From the NCBI GenBank assembly GCA_040954595.2, contig CM082593.2:6084172-6148171 (forward strand): a stretch of DNA of 64,000 nt, given 5' to 3'. This document shows, one piece after another, positions 1-13,499 of the stretch. The first letter of the stretch is position 1. Each line of letters starts with the position of its first letter. The translations under genes were made by a program, and so were the position numbers. The notes beneath the pieces are model-generated. The model searched no databases and was not told the DNA's origin. It saw only the letters and a list, made by a program, of their open reading frames with translations. This stretch comes from Balanoglossus misakiensis (lineage: Eukaryota > Animalia > Hemichordata).

Positions 1-3000
1 GGAAATTTCTGGATGATTTTCCTGGGCTATAACCCTATGGTTTTTTGTCAAAAAACCACCAATTATGAAAATTCGCGAAGTCCGAAAAATGGACATTTCT
101 GGATGATTTTCATGGGCTATAACCCATGGTTTTTTGTCAAAAAACCACCAAATTTTGAAAATTCGCGAAGTCGAAAAATTGACATTTCTGGATGATTTCA
201 TGGCTATAACCATGGTTTTTGTCAAAAAAACCACCAAATTTTGAAAATTCGCGAAGTCGAAAAATTGACATTTCTGGATGATTTTCATGGGCTATAACCC
301 ATGGTTTTTGTCAAAAAACCACCAAATTTTGAAAATTCGCGAAGTCGAAAAATTGACATTTCTGGATGATTTTCATGGGCTATAACCCATGGTTTTTGTC
401 AAAAAACCACCAAATTTTGAAAATTCGCGAAGTCGAAAAATTGACATTTCTGGATGATTTTCATGGGCTATAACCCATGGTTTTTGTCAAAAAACCACCA
501 AATTTTGAAAATTCGCGAAGTCGAAAAATTGACATTTCTGGATGATTTTCATGGGCTATAACCCATGGTTTTTGTCAAAAAACCACCAAATTTTGAAAAT
601 TCGCGAAGTCGAAAAATTGACATTTCTGGATGATTTTCATGGGCTATAACCCATGGTTTTTGTCAAAAAACCACCAAATTTTGAAAATTCGCGAAGTCGA
701 AAAATTGACATTTCTGGATGATTTTCATGGGCTATAACCCATGGTTTTTGTCAAAAAACCACCAAATTTTGAAAATTCGCGAAGTCGAAAAATTGACATT
801 TCTGGATGATTTTCATGGGCTATAACCCATGGTTTTTCTCAAAAAACCACCAAATTTTGAAAATTCGCGAAGTCGAAAAATTGACATTTCTGGATGATTT
901 TCATGGGCTATAACCCATGGTTTTTCTCAAAAAACCACCAAATTTTGAAAATTCGCGAAGTCGAAAAATTGACATTTCTGGATGATTTTCATGGGCTATA
1001 ACCCATGGTTTTTATCAAAAACCACCAAATTTTGAAAATTCGCGAAGTCGAAAAATTGACATTTCTGGATGATTTTCATGGGCTATAACCCATGGTTTTT
1101 GTCAAAAAACCACCAAATTTTGAAAATTCGCGAAGTCGAAAAATTGACATTTCTGGATGATTTTCATGGGCTATAACCCATGGTTTTTGTCAAAAAACCA
1201 CCAAATTTTGAAAATTCGCGAAGTCGAAAAAATGACATTTCTGGATGATTTTCATGGGCTATAACCCATGGTTTTTGTCAAAAAACCACCAAATTTTGAA
1301 AATTCGCGAAGTCGAAAAATTGACATTTCTGGATGATTTTCATGGGCTATAACCCATGGTTTTTGTCAAAAAACCACCAAATTTTGAAAATTCGCGAAGT
1401 CGAAAAATTGACATTTCTGGATGATTTTCATGGGCTATAACCCATGGTTTTTGTCAAAAAACCACCAAATTTTGAAAATTCGCGAAGTCGAAAAATTGAC
1501 ATTTCTGGATGATTTTCATGGGCTATAACCCATGGTTTTTGTCAAAAAACCACCAAATTTTGAAAATTCGCGAAGTCGAAAAATTGACATTTCTGGATGA
1601 TTTTCATGGGCTATAACCCATGGTTTTTGTCAAAAAACCACCAAATTTTGAAAATTCGCGAAGTCGAAAAATTGACATTTCTGGATGATTTTCATGGGCT
1701 ATAACCCATGGTTTTTGTCAAAAAACCACCAAATTTTGAAAATTCGCGAAGTCGAAAAATTGACATTTCTGGATGATTTTCATGGGCTATAACCCATGGT
1801 TTTTGTCAAAAAACCACCAAATTTTGAAAATTCGCGAAGTCGAAAAATTGACATTTCTGGATGATTTTCATGGGCTATAACCCATGGTTTTTGTCAAAAA
1901 AACACCAAATTTTGAAAATTCGCGAAGTCGAAAAATTGACATTTCTGGATGATTTTCATGGGCTATAACCCATGGTTTTTGTCAAAAAACCACCAATTTT
2001 GAAAATTCGCGAAGTCGAAAAATTGACATTTCTGGATGATTTTCATGGGCTATAACCCATGGTTTTTGTCAAAAAACCACCAAATTTTGAAAATTCGCGA
2101 AGTCGAAAAATTGACATTTCTGGATGATTTTCATGGGCTATAACCCATGGTTTTTGTCAAAAAACCACCAAATTTTGAAAATTCGCGAAGTCGAAAAATT
2201 GACATTTCTGGATGATTTTCATGGGCTATAACCCATGGTTTTTGTCAAAAAACCACCAAATTTTGAAAATTCGCGAAGTCGAAAAATTGACATTTCTGGA
2301 TGATTTTCATGGGCTATAACCCATGGTTTTTGTCAAAAAACCACCAAATTTTGAAAATTCGCGAAGTCGAAAAATTGACATTTCTGGATGATTTTCATGG
2401 GCTATAACCCATGGTTTTTGTCAAAAAACCACCAAATTTGAAAATTCGCGAAGTCGAAAAATTGACATTTCTGGATGATTTTCATGGGCTATAACCCATG
2501 GTTTTTGTCAAAAAACCACCAAATTTTGAAAATTCGCGAAGTCGAAAAAATTGACATTTCTGGATGATTTTCATGGGCTATAACCCATGGTTTTTGTCAA
2601 AAAACCACCAAATTTTGAAAATTCGCGAAGTCGAAAAATTGACATTTCTGGATGATTTTCATGGGCTATAACCCATGGTTTTTATCAAAAAACCACCAAA
2701 TTTTGAAAATTCGCGAAGTCGAAAAATTGACATTTCTGGATGATTTTCATGGGCTATAACCCATGGTTTTTGTCAAAAAACCACCAAATTTTGAAAATTC
2801 GCGAAGTCGAAAAATTGACATTTCTGGATGATTTTCATGGGCTATAACCCATGGTTTTTATCAAAAAACCACCAAATTTTGAAAATTCGCGAAGTCGAAA
2901 AATTGACATTTCTGGATGATTTTCATGGGCTATAACCCATGGTTTTTGTCAAAAAACCACCAATTTTGAAAATTCGCGAAGTCGAAAAATTGACATTTCT

Positions 3001-4646
3001 GGATGATTTTCATGGGCTATAACCCATGGTTTTTGTCAAAAAACCACCAAATTTTGAAAATTCGCGAAGTCGAAAAATTGACATTTCTGGATGATTTTCA
3101 TGGGCTATAACCCATGGTTTTTGTCAAAAAACCACCAAATTTTGAAAATTCGCGAAGTCGAAAAATTGACATTTCTGGATGATTTTCATGGGCTATAACC
3201 CATGGTTTTTGTCAAAAAAACCACCAAATTTTGAAAATTCGCGAAGTCGAAAAATTGACATTTCTGGATGATTTTCATGGGCTATAACCCATGGTTTTTG
3301 TCAAAAAACCACCAAATTTTGAAAATTCGCGAAGTCGAAAAATTGACATTTCTGGATGATTTTCATGGGCTATAACCCATGGTTTTTGTCAAAAAACCAC
3401 CAAATTTTGAAAATTCGCGAAGTCGAAAAATTGACATTTCTGGATGATTTTCATGGGCTATAACCCATGGTTTTTGTCAAAAAACCACCAAATTTTGAAA
3501 ATTCGCGAAGTCGAAAAATTGACATTTCTGGATGATTTTCATGGGCTATAACCCATGGTTTTTGTCAAAAAACCACCAAATTTGAAAATTCGCGAAGTCG
3601 AAAAATTGACATTTCTGGATGATTTTCATGGGCTATAACCCATGGTTTTTGTCAAAAAACCACCAAATTTTGAAAATTCGCGAAGTCGAAAAATTGACAT
3701 TTCTGGATGATTTTCATGGGCTATAACCCATGGTTTTTGTCAAAAACCACCAAATTTTGAAAATTCGCGAAGTCGAAAAATTGACATTTCTGGATGATTT
3801 TCATGGGCTATAACCCATGGTTTTTGTCAAAAAACCACCAAATTTTGAAAATTCGCGAAGTCGAAAAATTGACATTTCTGGATGATTTTCATGGGCTATA
3901 ACCCATGGTTTTTATCAAAAAACCACCAAATTTTGAAAATTCGCGAAGTCGAAAAATTGACATTTCTGGATGATTTTCATGGGCTATAACCCATGGTTTT
4001 TATCAAAAAACCACCAAATTTTGAAAATTCGCGAAGTCGAAAAATTGACATTTCTGGATGATTTTCATGGGCTATAACCCATGGTTTTTGTCAAAAAACC
4101 ACCAAATTTTGAAAATTCGCGAAGTCGAAAAATTGACATTTCTGGATGATTTTCATGGGCTATAACCCATGGTTTTTGTCAAAAAACCACCAAATTTTGA
4201 AAATTCGCGAAGTCGAAAAATTGACATTTCTGGATGATTTTCATGGGCTATAACCCATGGTTTTTGTCAAAAAACCACCAAATTTTGAAAATTCGCGAAG
4301 TCGAAAAATTGACATTTCTGGATGATTTTCATGGGCTATAACCCATGGTTTTGTCAAAAAACCACCAAATTTTGAAAATTCGCGAAGTCGAAAAATTGAC
4401 ATTTCTGGATGATTTTCATGGGCTATAACCCATGGTTTTTGTCAAAAAACCACCAAATTTTGAAAATTCGCGAAGTCGAAAAATTGACATTTCTGGATGA
4501 TTTTCATGGGCTATAACCCATGGTTTTTGTCAAAAAACCACCAAATTTTGAAAATTCGCGAAGTCGAAAAATTGACATTTCTGGATGATTTTCATGGGCT
4601 ATAACCCATGGTTTTTGTCAAAAAACCACCAAATTTTGAAAATTCG
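1..4646 (+). repeat. 88-bp tandem satellite, type A, forward block (~53 copies, open at the window start)
   Basis: Unit TTTTTGTCAAAAAACCACCAAATTTTGAAAATTCGCGAAGTCGAAAAATTGACATTTCTGGATGATTTTCATGGGCTATAACCCATGG. Period 88 counted directly (481 to 569). Copies are nearly identical apart from homopolymer indels and a GTC/ATC variant. Confidence 0.98.
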
Positions 4647-7600
4647 CGAATTTTCAAAATTTGGTGGTTTTTTGACAAAAAACATGGGTTATAGCCCATG
4701 AAAATCATCCAGAAATGTAAATTTTTCGACTTCGCGAATTTTCAAAATTTGGTGGTTTTTTGACAAAAACCATGGGTTATAGCCCATGAAAATCATCCAG
4801 AAATGTCAATTTTTCGACTTCGCGAATTTTCAAAATTTGGTGGTTTTTTGACAAAAACCATGGGTTATAGCCCATGAAAATCATCCAGAAATGTCAATTT
4901 TTCGACTTCGCGAATTTTCAAAATTTGGTGGTTTTTTGATAAAAACCATGGGTTATAGCCCATGAAAATCATCCAGAAATGTCAATTTTTCGACTTCGCG
5001 AATTTTCAAAATTTGGTGTTTTTTTGATAAAAACCATGGGTTATAGCCCATGAAAATCATCCAGAAATGTAAATTTTTCGACTTCGCGAATTTTCAAAAT
5101 TTGGTGGTTTTTTGACAAAAACCATGGGTTATAGCCCATGAAAATCATCCAGAAATGTCAATTTTTCGACTTCGCGAATTTTCAAAATTTGGTGGTTTTT
5201 TGACAAAAACCATGGGTTATAGCCCATGAAAATCATCCAGAAATGTCAATTTTTCGACTTCGCGAATTTTCAAAATTTGGTGGTTTTTTGATAAAAACCA
5301 TGGGTTATAGCCCATGAAAATCATCCAGAAATGTCAATTTTTCGACTTCGCGAATTTTCAAAATTTGGTGTTTTTTTGATAAAAACCATGGGTTATAGCC
5401 CATGAAAATCATCCAGAAATGTCAATTTTTCGACTTCGCGAATTTTCAAAATTTGGTGGTTTTTTGATAAAAACCATGGGTTATAGCCCATGAAAATCAT
5501 CCAGAAATGTCAATTTTTCGACTTCGCGAATTTTCAAAATTTGGTGGTTTTTTGATAAAAACCATTAGTTATAGCCCATGAAAATCATCAAGAAATGTCA
5601 ATTTTTCGACTTAGCGAATTTTCAAAATTTGGTGGTTTTTTGATAAAAACCATGGGTTATAGCCCATGAAAATCATCCCGAAATGTCAATTTTTCGACTT
5701 CGCAAATTTTCAAAATTTGGTGGTTTTTTGATAAAAACCATGGGTTATAGCCCATGAAAATCATCCAGAAATGTCAATTTTTCGACTTCGCGAATTTTCA
5801 AAATTTGGTGGTTTTTTGATAAAAACCATGGGTTATAGCCCATGAAAATCATCCAGAAATGTCAATTTTTCGACTTCGCGAATTTTCAAAATTTGTTGGT
5901 TTATTGATAAAAACCATGGGTTATAGCCCATGAAAATCATCCAGAAATGTCAATTTTTCGACTTCGCGAATTTTCAAAATTTGGTGGTTTTTTGACAAAA
6001 ACCATGGGTTATAGCCCATGAAAATCATCCAGAAATGTCAATTTTTCGACTTCGCGAATTTTCAAAATTTGTTGGTTTATTGATAAAAACCATGGGTTAT
6101 AGCCCATGAAAATCATCCAGAAATGTCAATTTTTCGACTTCGCGAATTTTCAAAATTTGGTGGTTTTTTGATAAAAACCATGGGTTATAGCCCATGAAAA
6201 TCATCCAGAAATGTCAATTTTTCGACTTCGCGAATTTTCAAAATTTGGTGGTTTTTTGATAAAAACCATGGGTTATAGCCCATGAAAATCATCCAGAAAT
6301 GTCAATTTTTCGACTTCGCGAATTTTCAAAATTTGTTGGTTTATTGATAAAAACCATGGGTTATAGCCCATGAAAATCATCCAGAAATGTCAATTTTTCG
6401 ACTTCGCGAATTTTCAAAATTTGGTGGTTTTTTGACAAAAACCATGGGTTATAGCCCATGAAAATCATCCAGAAATGTCAATTTTTCGACTTCGCGAATT
6501 TTCAAAATTTGGTGGCTTTTGACAAAAACCATGGGTTATAGCCCATGAAAATCATCCAGAAATGTCAATTTTTCGACTTCGCGAATTTTCAAAATTTGGT
6601 GGTTTTTTGACAAAAACCATGGGTTATAGCCCATGAAAATCATCCAGAAATGTCAATTTTTCGACTTCGCGAATTTTCAAAATTTGGTGGTTTTTTGACA
6701 AAAACCATGGGTTATAGCCCATGAAAATCATCCAGAAATGTCAATTTTTCGACTTCGCGAATTTTCAAAATTTGGTGGTTTTTTGACAAAAACCATGGGT
6801 TATAGCCCATGAAAATCATCCAGAAATGTCAATTTTTCGACTTCGCGAATTTTCAAAATTTGGTGGTTTTTTGACAAAAACCATGGGTTATAGCCCATGA
6901 AAATCATCCAGAAATGTCAATTTTTCGACTTCGCGAATTTTCAAAATTTGGTGGTTTTTTGATAAAAACCATGGGTTATAGCCCATGAAAATCATCCAGA
7001 AATGTCAATTTTTCGACTTCGCGAATTTTCAAAATTTGTTGGTTTATTGATAAAAACCATGGGTTATACCCCATGAAAATCATCCAGAAATGTCAATTTT
7101 TCGACTTCGCGAATTTTCAAAATTTGGTGGTTTTTTTTGATAAAAACCATGGGTTATAGCCCATGAAAATCATCCAGAAATGTCAATTTTTCGACTTCGC
7201 GAATTTTCAAAATTTGGTGTTTTTTTTGATAAAAACCATGGGTTATAGCCCATGAAAATCATCCAGAAATGTCAATTTTTCGACTTCGCGAATTTTCAAA
7301 ATTTGGTGGTTTTTTGATAAAAACCATGGGTTATAGCCCATGAAAATCATCCAGAAATGTCAATTTTTCGACTTCGCGAATTTTCAAAATTTGGTGGTTT
7401 TTTGACAAAAACCATGGGTTATAGCCCATGAAAATCATCCAGAAATGTCAATTTTTCGACTTCGCGAATTTTCAAAATTTGGTGGTTTTTTGACAAAAAC
7501 CATGGGTTATAGCCCATGAAAATCATCCAGAAATGTCAATTTTTCGACTTCGCGAATTTTCAAAATTTGGTGGTTTTTTGACAAAAACCATGGGTTATAG

Positions 7601-10600
7601 CCCATGAAAATCATCCAGAAATGTCAATTTTTCGACTTCGCGAATTTTCAAAATTTGGTGGTTTTTTGACAAAAACCATGGGTTATAGCCCATGAAAATC
7701 ATCCAGAAATGTCAATTTTTCGACTTCGCGAATTTTCAAAATTTGGTGGTTTTTTGACAAAAACCATGGGTTATAGCCCATGAAAATCATCCAGAAATGT
7801 CAATTTTTCGACTTCGCGAATTTTCGAAATTTGGTGGTTTTTTGACAAAAACCATGGGTTATAGCCCATGAAAATCATCCAGAAATGTCAATTTTTCGAC
7901 TTCGCGAATTTTCAAAATTTGGTGGTTTTTTGACAAAAACCATGGGTTATAGCCCATGAAAATCATCCAGAAATGTCAATTTTTCGACTTCGCGAATTTT
8001 CAAAATTTGGTGGTTTTTTGACAAAAACCATGGGTTATAGCCCATGAAAATCATCCAGAAATGTCAATTTTTCGACTTCGCGAATTTTCAAAATTTGGTG
8101 GTTTTTTGACAAAAACCATGGGTTATAGCCCATGAAAATCATCCAGAAATGTCAATTTTTCGACTTCGCGAATTTTCAAAATTTGGTGGTTTTTTGACAA
8201 AAACCATGGGTTATAGCCCATGAAAATCATCCAGAAATGTCAATTTTTCGACTTCGCGAATTTTCAAAATTTGGTGGTTTTTTGATAAAAACCATGGGTT
8301 ATAGCCCATGAAAATCATCCAGAAATGTCAATTTTTCGACTTCGCGAATTTTCAAAATTTGGTGGTTTTTTGATAAAAACCATGGGTTATAGCCCATGAA
8401 AATCATCCAGAAATGTCAATTTTTCGACTTCGCGAATTTTCAACATTTGGTGGTTTTTTTTGATAAAAACCATGGGTTATAGCCCATGAAAATCATCCAG
8501 AAATGTCAATTTTTCGACTTCGCGAATTTTCAAAATTTGGTGTTTTTTTTGATAAAAACCATGGGTTATAGCCCATGAAAATCATCCAGAAATGTCAATT
8601 TTTCGACTTCGCGAATTTTCAAAATTTGGTGGTTTTTTGATAAAAACCATGGGTTATAGCCCATGAAAATCATCCAGAAATGTCAATTTTTCGACTTCGC
8701 GAATTTTCAAAATTTGGTGGTTTTTTGACAAAAACCATGGGTTATAGCCCATGAAAATCATCCAGAAATGTCAATTTTTCGACTTCGCGAATTTTCAAAA
8801 TTTGGTGGTTTTTTGACAAAAACCATGGGTTATAGCCCATGAAAATCATCCAGAAATGTCAATTTTTCGACTTCGCGAATTTTCAAAATTTGGTGGTTTT
8901 TTGACAAAAACCATGGGTTATAGCCCATGAAAATCATCCAGAAATGTCAATTTTTCGACTTCGCGAATTTTCAAAATTTGGTGGTTTTTTGACAAAAACC
9001 ATGGGTTATAGCCCATGAAAATCATCCAGAAATGTCAATTTTTCGACTTCGCGAATTTTCAAAATTTGGTGGTTTTTTGACAAAAACCATGGGTTATAGC
9101 CCATGAAAATCATCCAGAAATGTCAATTTTTCGACTTCGCGAATTTTCGAAATTTGGTGGTTTTTTGACAAAAACCATGGGTTATAGCCCATGAAAATCA
9201 TCCAGAAATGTCAATCTTTCGACTTCGCGAATTTTCAAAATTTGGTGGTTTTTTGACAAAAACCATGGGTTATAGCCCATGAAAATCATCCAGAAATGTC
9301 AATTTTTCGACTTCGCGAATTTTCAAAATTTGGTGGTTTTTTGACAAAAACCATGGGTTATAGCCCATGAAAATCATCCAGAAATGTCAATTTTTCGACT
9401 TCGCGAATTTTCAAAATTTGGTGGTTTTTTGACAAAAACCATGGGTTATAGCCCATGAAAATCATCCAGAAATGTCAATTTTTCGACTTCGCGAATTTTC
9501 AAAATTTGGTGGTTTTTTGACAAAAACCATGGGTTATAGCCCATGAAAATCATCCAGAAATGTCAATTTTTCGACTTCGCGAATTTTCAAAATTTGGTGG
9601 TTTTTTGACAAAAACCATGGGTTATAGCCCATGAAAATCATCCAGAAATGTCAATTTTTCGACTTCGCGAATTTTCAAAATTTTGTGGTTTTTTGACAAA
9701 AACCATGGGTTATAGCCCATAAAAATCATCCAGAAATGTCAATTTTTCGACTTCGCGAATTTTCAAAATTTGGTGGTTTTTTGACAAAAACCATGGGTTA
9801 TAGCCCATGAAAATCATCCAGAAATGTCAATTTTTCGACTTCGCGAATTTTCAAAATTTGGTGGTTTTTTGACAAAAACCATGGGTTATAGCCCATGAAA
9901 ATCATCCAGAAATGTCAATTTTTCGACTTCGCGAATTTTCAAAATTTGGTGGTTTTTTGACAAAAACCATGGGTTATAGCCCATGAAAATCATCCAGAAA
10001 TGTCAATTTTTCGACTTCGCGAATTTTCAAAATTTGGTGGTTTTTTGACAAAAACCATGGGTTATAGCCCATGAAAATCATCCAGAAATGTCAATTTTTC
10101 GACTTCGCGAATTTTCAAAATTTGGTGGTTTTTTGACAAAAACCATGGGTTATAGCCCATGAAAATCATCCAGAAATGTCAATTTTTCGACTTCGCGAAT
10201 TTTCAAAATTTGGTGGTTTTTTGATAAAAACCATGGGTTATAGCCCATGAAAATCATCCAGAAATGTCAATTTTTCGACTTCGCGAATTTTCAAAATTTG
10301 GTGGTTTTTTGATAAAAACCATGGGTTATAGCCCATGAAAATCATCCAGAAATGTCAATTTTTCGACTTCGCGAATTTTCAAAATTTGGTGGTTTTTTGA
10401 TAAAAACCATGGGTTATAGCCCATGAAAATCATCCAGAAATGTCAATTTTTCGACTTCGCGAATTTTCAAAATTTGGTGGTTTTTTGACAAAAACCATGG
10501 GTTATAGCCCATGAAAATCATCCAGAAATGTCAATTTTTCGACTTCGCGAATTTTCAAAATTTGGTGGTTTTTTGATAAAAACCATGGGTTATAGCCCAT

Positions 10601-11092
10601 GAAAATCATCCAGAAATGTCAATTTTTCGACTTCGCGAATTTTCAAAATTTGGTGGTTTTTTGACAAAAACCATGGGTTATAGCCCATGAAAATCATCCA
10701 GAAATGTCAATTTTTCGACTTCGCGAATTTTCAAAATTTGGTGGTTTTTTGACAAAAACCATGGGTTATAGCCCATGAAAATCATCCAGAAATGTCAATT
10801 TTTTTGACTTCGCGAATTTTCAAAATTTGGTGGTTTTTTGACAAAAACCATGGGTTATAGCCCATGAAAATCATCCAGAAATGTCAATTTTTCGACTTCG
10901 CGAATTTTCAAAATTTGGTGGTTTTTTGATAAAAACCATGGGTTATAGCCCATGAAAATCATCCAGAAATGTCAATTTTTCGACTTCGCGAATTTTCAAA
11001 ATTTGGTGGTTTTTTGATAAAAACCATGGGTTATAGCCCATGAAAATCATCCAGAAATGTCAATTTTTCGACTTCGCGAATTTTCAAAATTT
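4647..11092 (-). repeat. 88-bp tandem satellite, type A, inverted block (~73 copies)
   Basis: Reverse complement of the same unit. It starts at the centre of TTCG|CGAA (4643-4650) and ends in a T-run near 11090. Confidence 0.98.
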
Positions 11093-13499
11093 TTTTTTTT
11101 CAAAAAAATGAAAAAATTTTGATATTTCGCAAAGTCGAAAAATTTTCATTTTTGGATGATTTTCATGGGCTATAACCCATGGTTTTTTCAAAAAAATGAA
11201 GAAATTTTGATATTTCGCAAAGTCGAAAAGTTGTCATTTTTGGATGATTTTCATGAGCTATAACCCATGGTTTTTTCAAAAAAATGAAGAAATTTTGATA
11301 TTTCGCAAAGTCGAAAAATTGTCATTTTTGGATGATTTTCATGGGCTATAACCCATGGTTTTTTCAAAAAAATGAAGAAATTTTGATATTTCGCAAAGTC
11401 GAAAAATTGTCATTTTTGGATGATTTTCATTGGCTATAACCCATGGTTTTTTCAAAAAAATGAAGAAATTTTGATATTTCGCAAAGTCGAAAAATTGTCA
11501 TTTTCGGATTATTTTCATGAGCTATAACCCATGGTTTTTTCAAAAAAATGAAGAAATTTTGATATTTCGCAAAGTCGAAAAATTGTCATTTTCGGATGAT
11601 TTTCATGAGCTATAACCCATGGTTTTTTTCAAAAAAATGAAGAAATTTTGATATTTCGCAAAGTTGAAAAATTTTCATTTTTGGATGATTTTCATGGTTT
11701 TTTCAAAAAAATGAAGAAATTTTGATATTTCGCAAAGTCGAAAAATTGTCATTTTTGGATGATTTTCATTGGCTATAACCCATGTTTTTTTCAAAAAAAT
11801 GAAGAAATTTTGATATTTCGCAAAGTCGAAAAATTGTCATTTTTGGATGATTTTCATGGGCTATAACCCATGGTTTTTTCAAAAAAATGAAGAAATTTTG
11901 ATATTTCGCAAAGTCGAAAAATTGTCATTTTTGGATGATTTTCATGGGCTATAACCCATGGTTTTTTCAAAAAAATGAAGAAATTTTGATATTTCGCAAA
12001 GTCGAAAAATTGTCATTTTTGGATGATTCTCATGGGCTATAACCCATGGTTTTTTCAAAAAAATGAAGAAATTTTGATATTTCGCAAAGTCGAAAAATTG
12101 TCATTTTTGGATGATTTTCATGGGCTATAACCCATGGTTTTTTCAAAAAAATGAAGAAATTTTGATATTTCGCAAAGTCGAAAAATTGTCATTTTTGGAT
12201 GATTTTCATGGGCTATCACCCATGATTTTTTCAAAAAAAATGAAGAAATTTTGATATTTCGCAAAGTCGAAAAGTTGTCATTTTTGGATGATTTTCATGA
12301 GCTATAACCCATGGTTTTTTCAAAAAAATGAAGAAATTTTGATATTTCGCAAAGTCGAAAAATTGTCATTTTTGGATGATTTTCATGGGCTATAACCCAT
12401 GGTTTTTTCAAAAAAATGAAGAAATTTTGATATTTCGCAAAGTCGAAAAATTGTCATTTTTGGATGATTTTCATGGGCTATAACCCATGGTTTTTTCAAA
12501 AAAATGAAGAAATTTTGATATTTCGCAAAGTCGAAAAATTGTCATTTTTGGATGATTTTCATGAGCTATAACCCATGGTTTTTTCAAAAAAATGAAGAAA
12601 TTTTGATATTTCGCAAAGTCGAAAAATTGTCATTTTCGGATTATTTTCATGAGCTATAACCCATGGTTTTTTCAAAAAAATGAAGAAATTTTGATATTTC
12701 GCAAAGTTGAAAAATTTTCATTTTTGGATGATTTTCATGGGCTATAACCCATGGTTTTTTTCAAAAAAATGAAGAAATTTTGATATTTCGCAAAGTCGAA
12801 AAATTTTCATTTTTGGATGATTTTCATGGGCTATAACCCATGGTTTTTTTCAAAAAAATGAAGAAATTTTGATATTTCGCAAAGTCGAAAAATTGTCATT
12901 TTTGGATGATTTTCATGGGCTATAACCCATGGTTTTTTAAAAAAAATGAAGAAATTTTAATATTTCGCAAAGTCGAAAAATTGTCATTTTTGGATGATTT
13001 TCATGGGCTATAACCCATGGTTTTTTCAAAAAAATGAAGAAATTTTGATATTTCGCAAAGTCGAAAAATTGTCATTTTTGGATGATTTTCATGGGCTATA
13101 ACCCATGGTTTTTTCAAAAAAATGAAGAAATTTTGATGTTTCGCAAAGTCGAAAAATTGTCATTTTTGGATGATTTTCATGGGCTATAACCCATGGTTTT
13201 TTAAAAAAAATGAAGAAATTTTGATATTTCGCAAAGTCGAAAAATTGTCATTTTTGGATGATTTTCATGAGCTATAACCCATGTTTTTTTCAAAAAATGA
13301 AGAAATTTTGATATTTCGCAAAGTCGAAAAATTGTCATTTTTGGATGATTTTCATGAGCTATAACCCATGTTTTTTTCTTAAAAATGAAGAAATTTTGAT
13401 TTTTCGCAAAGTCGAAAAATTGTCATTTTTGGATGATTTTCATGAGCTATAACCCATGGGTTTTTTTTTAAATGAAGAAATTTTGAAAATTCGCAAAAT
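11093..13499 (+). repeat. 88-bp tandem satellite, diverged type B, forward block (~27 copies)
   Basis: Unit TTTTTTCAAAAAAATGAAGAAATTTTGATATTTCGCAAAGTCGAAAAATTGTCATTTTTGGATGATTTTCATGGGCTATAACCCATGG. Period 88 (11341 to 11429). About 12 differences from type A by eye; decays toward 13500. Confidence 0.97.

Noticed and set aside
13-195. 60-aa ORF in the satellite
   Set aside because: It is a translation of the 88-bp unit. The period is not a multiple of 3 and stops recur.
1-240. More divergent first monomers as a separate subfamily
   Set aside because: The differences are scattered and include homopolymer indels, which fits lower consensus quality near a contig or window edge.
1-11092. CENP-B box in TTCGCGAAGTCG
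   Set aside because: It does not fit TTCG-N4-A-N2-CGGG on either strand.
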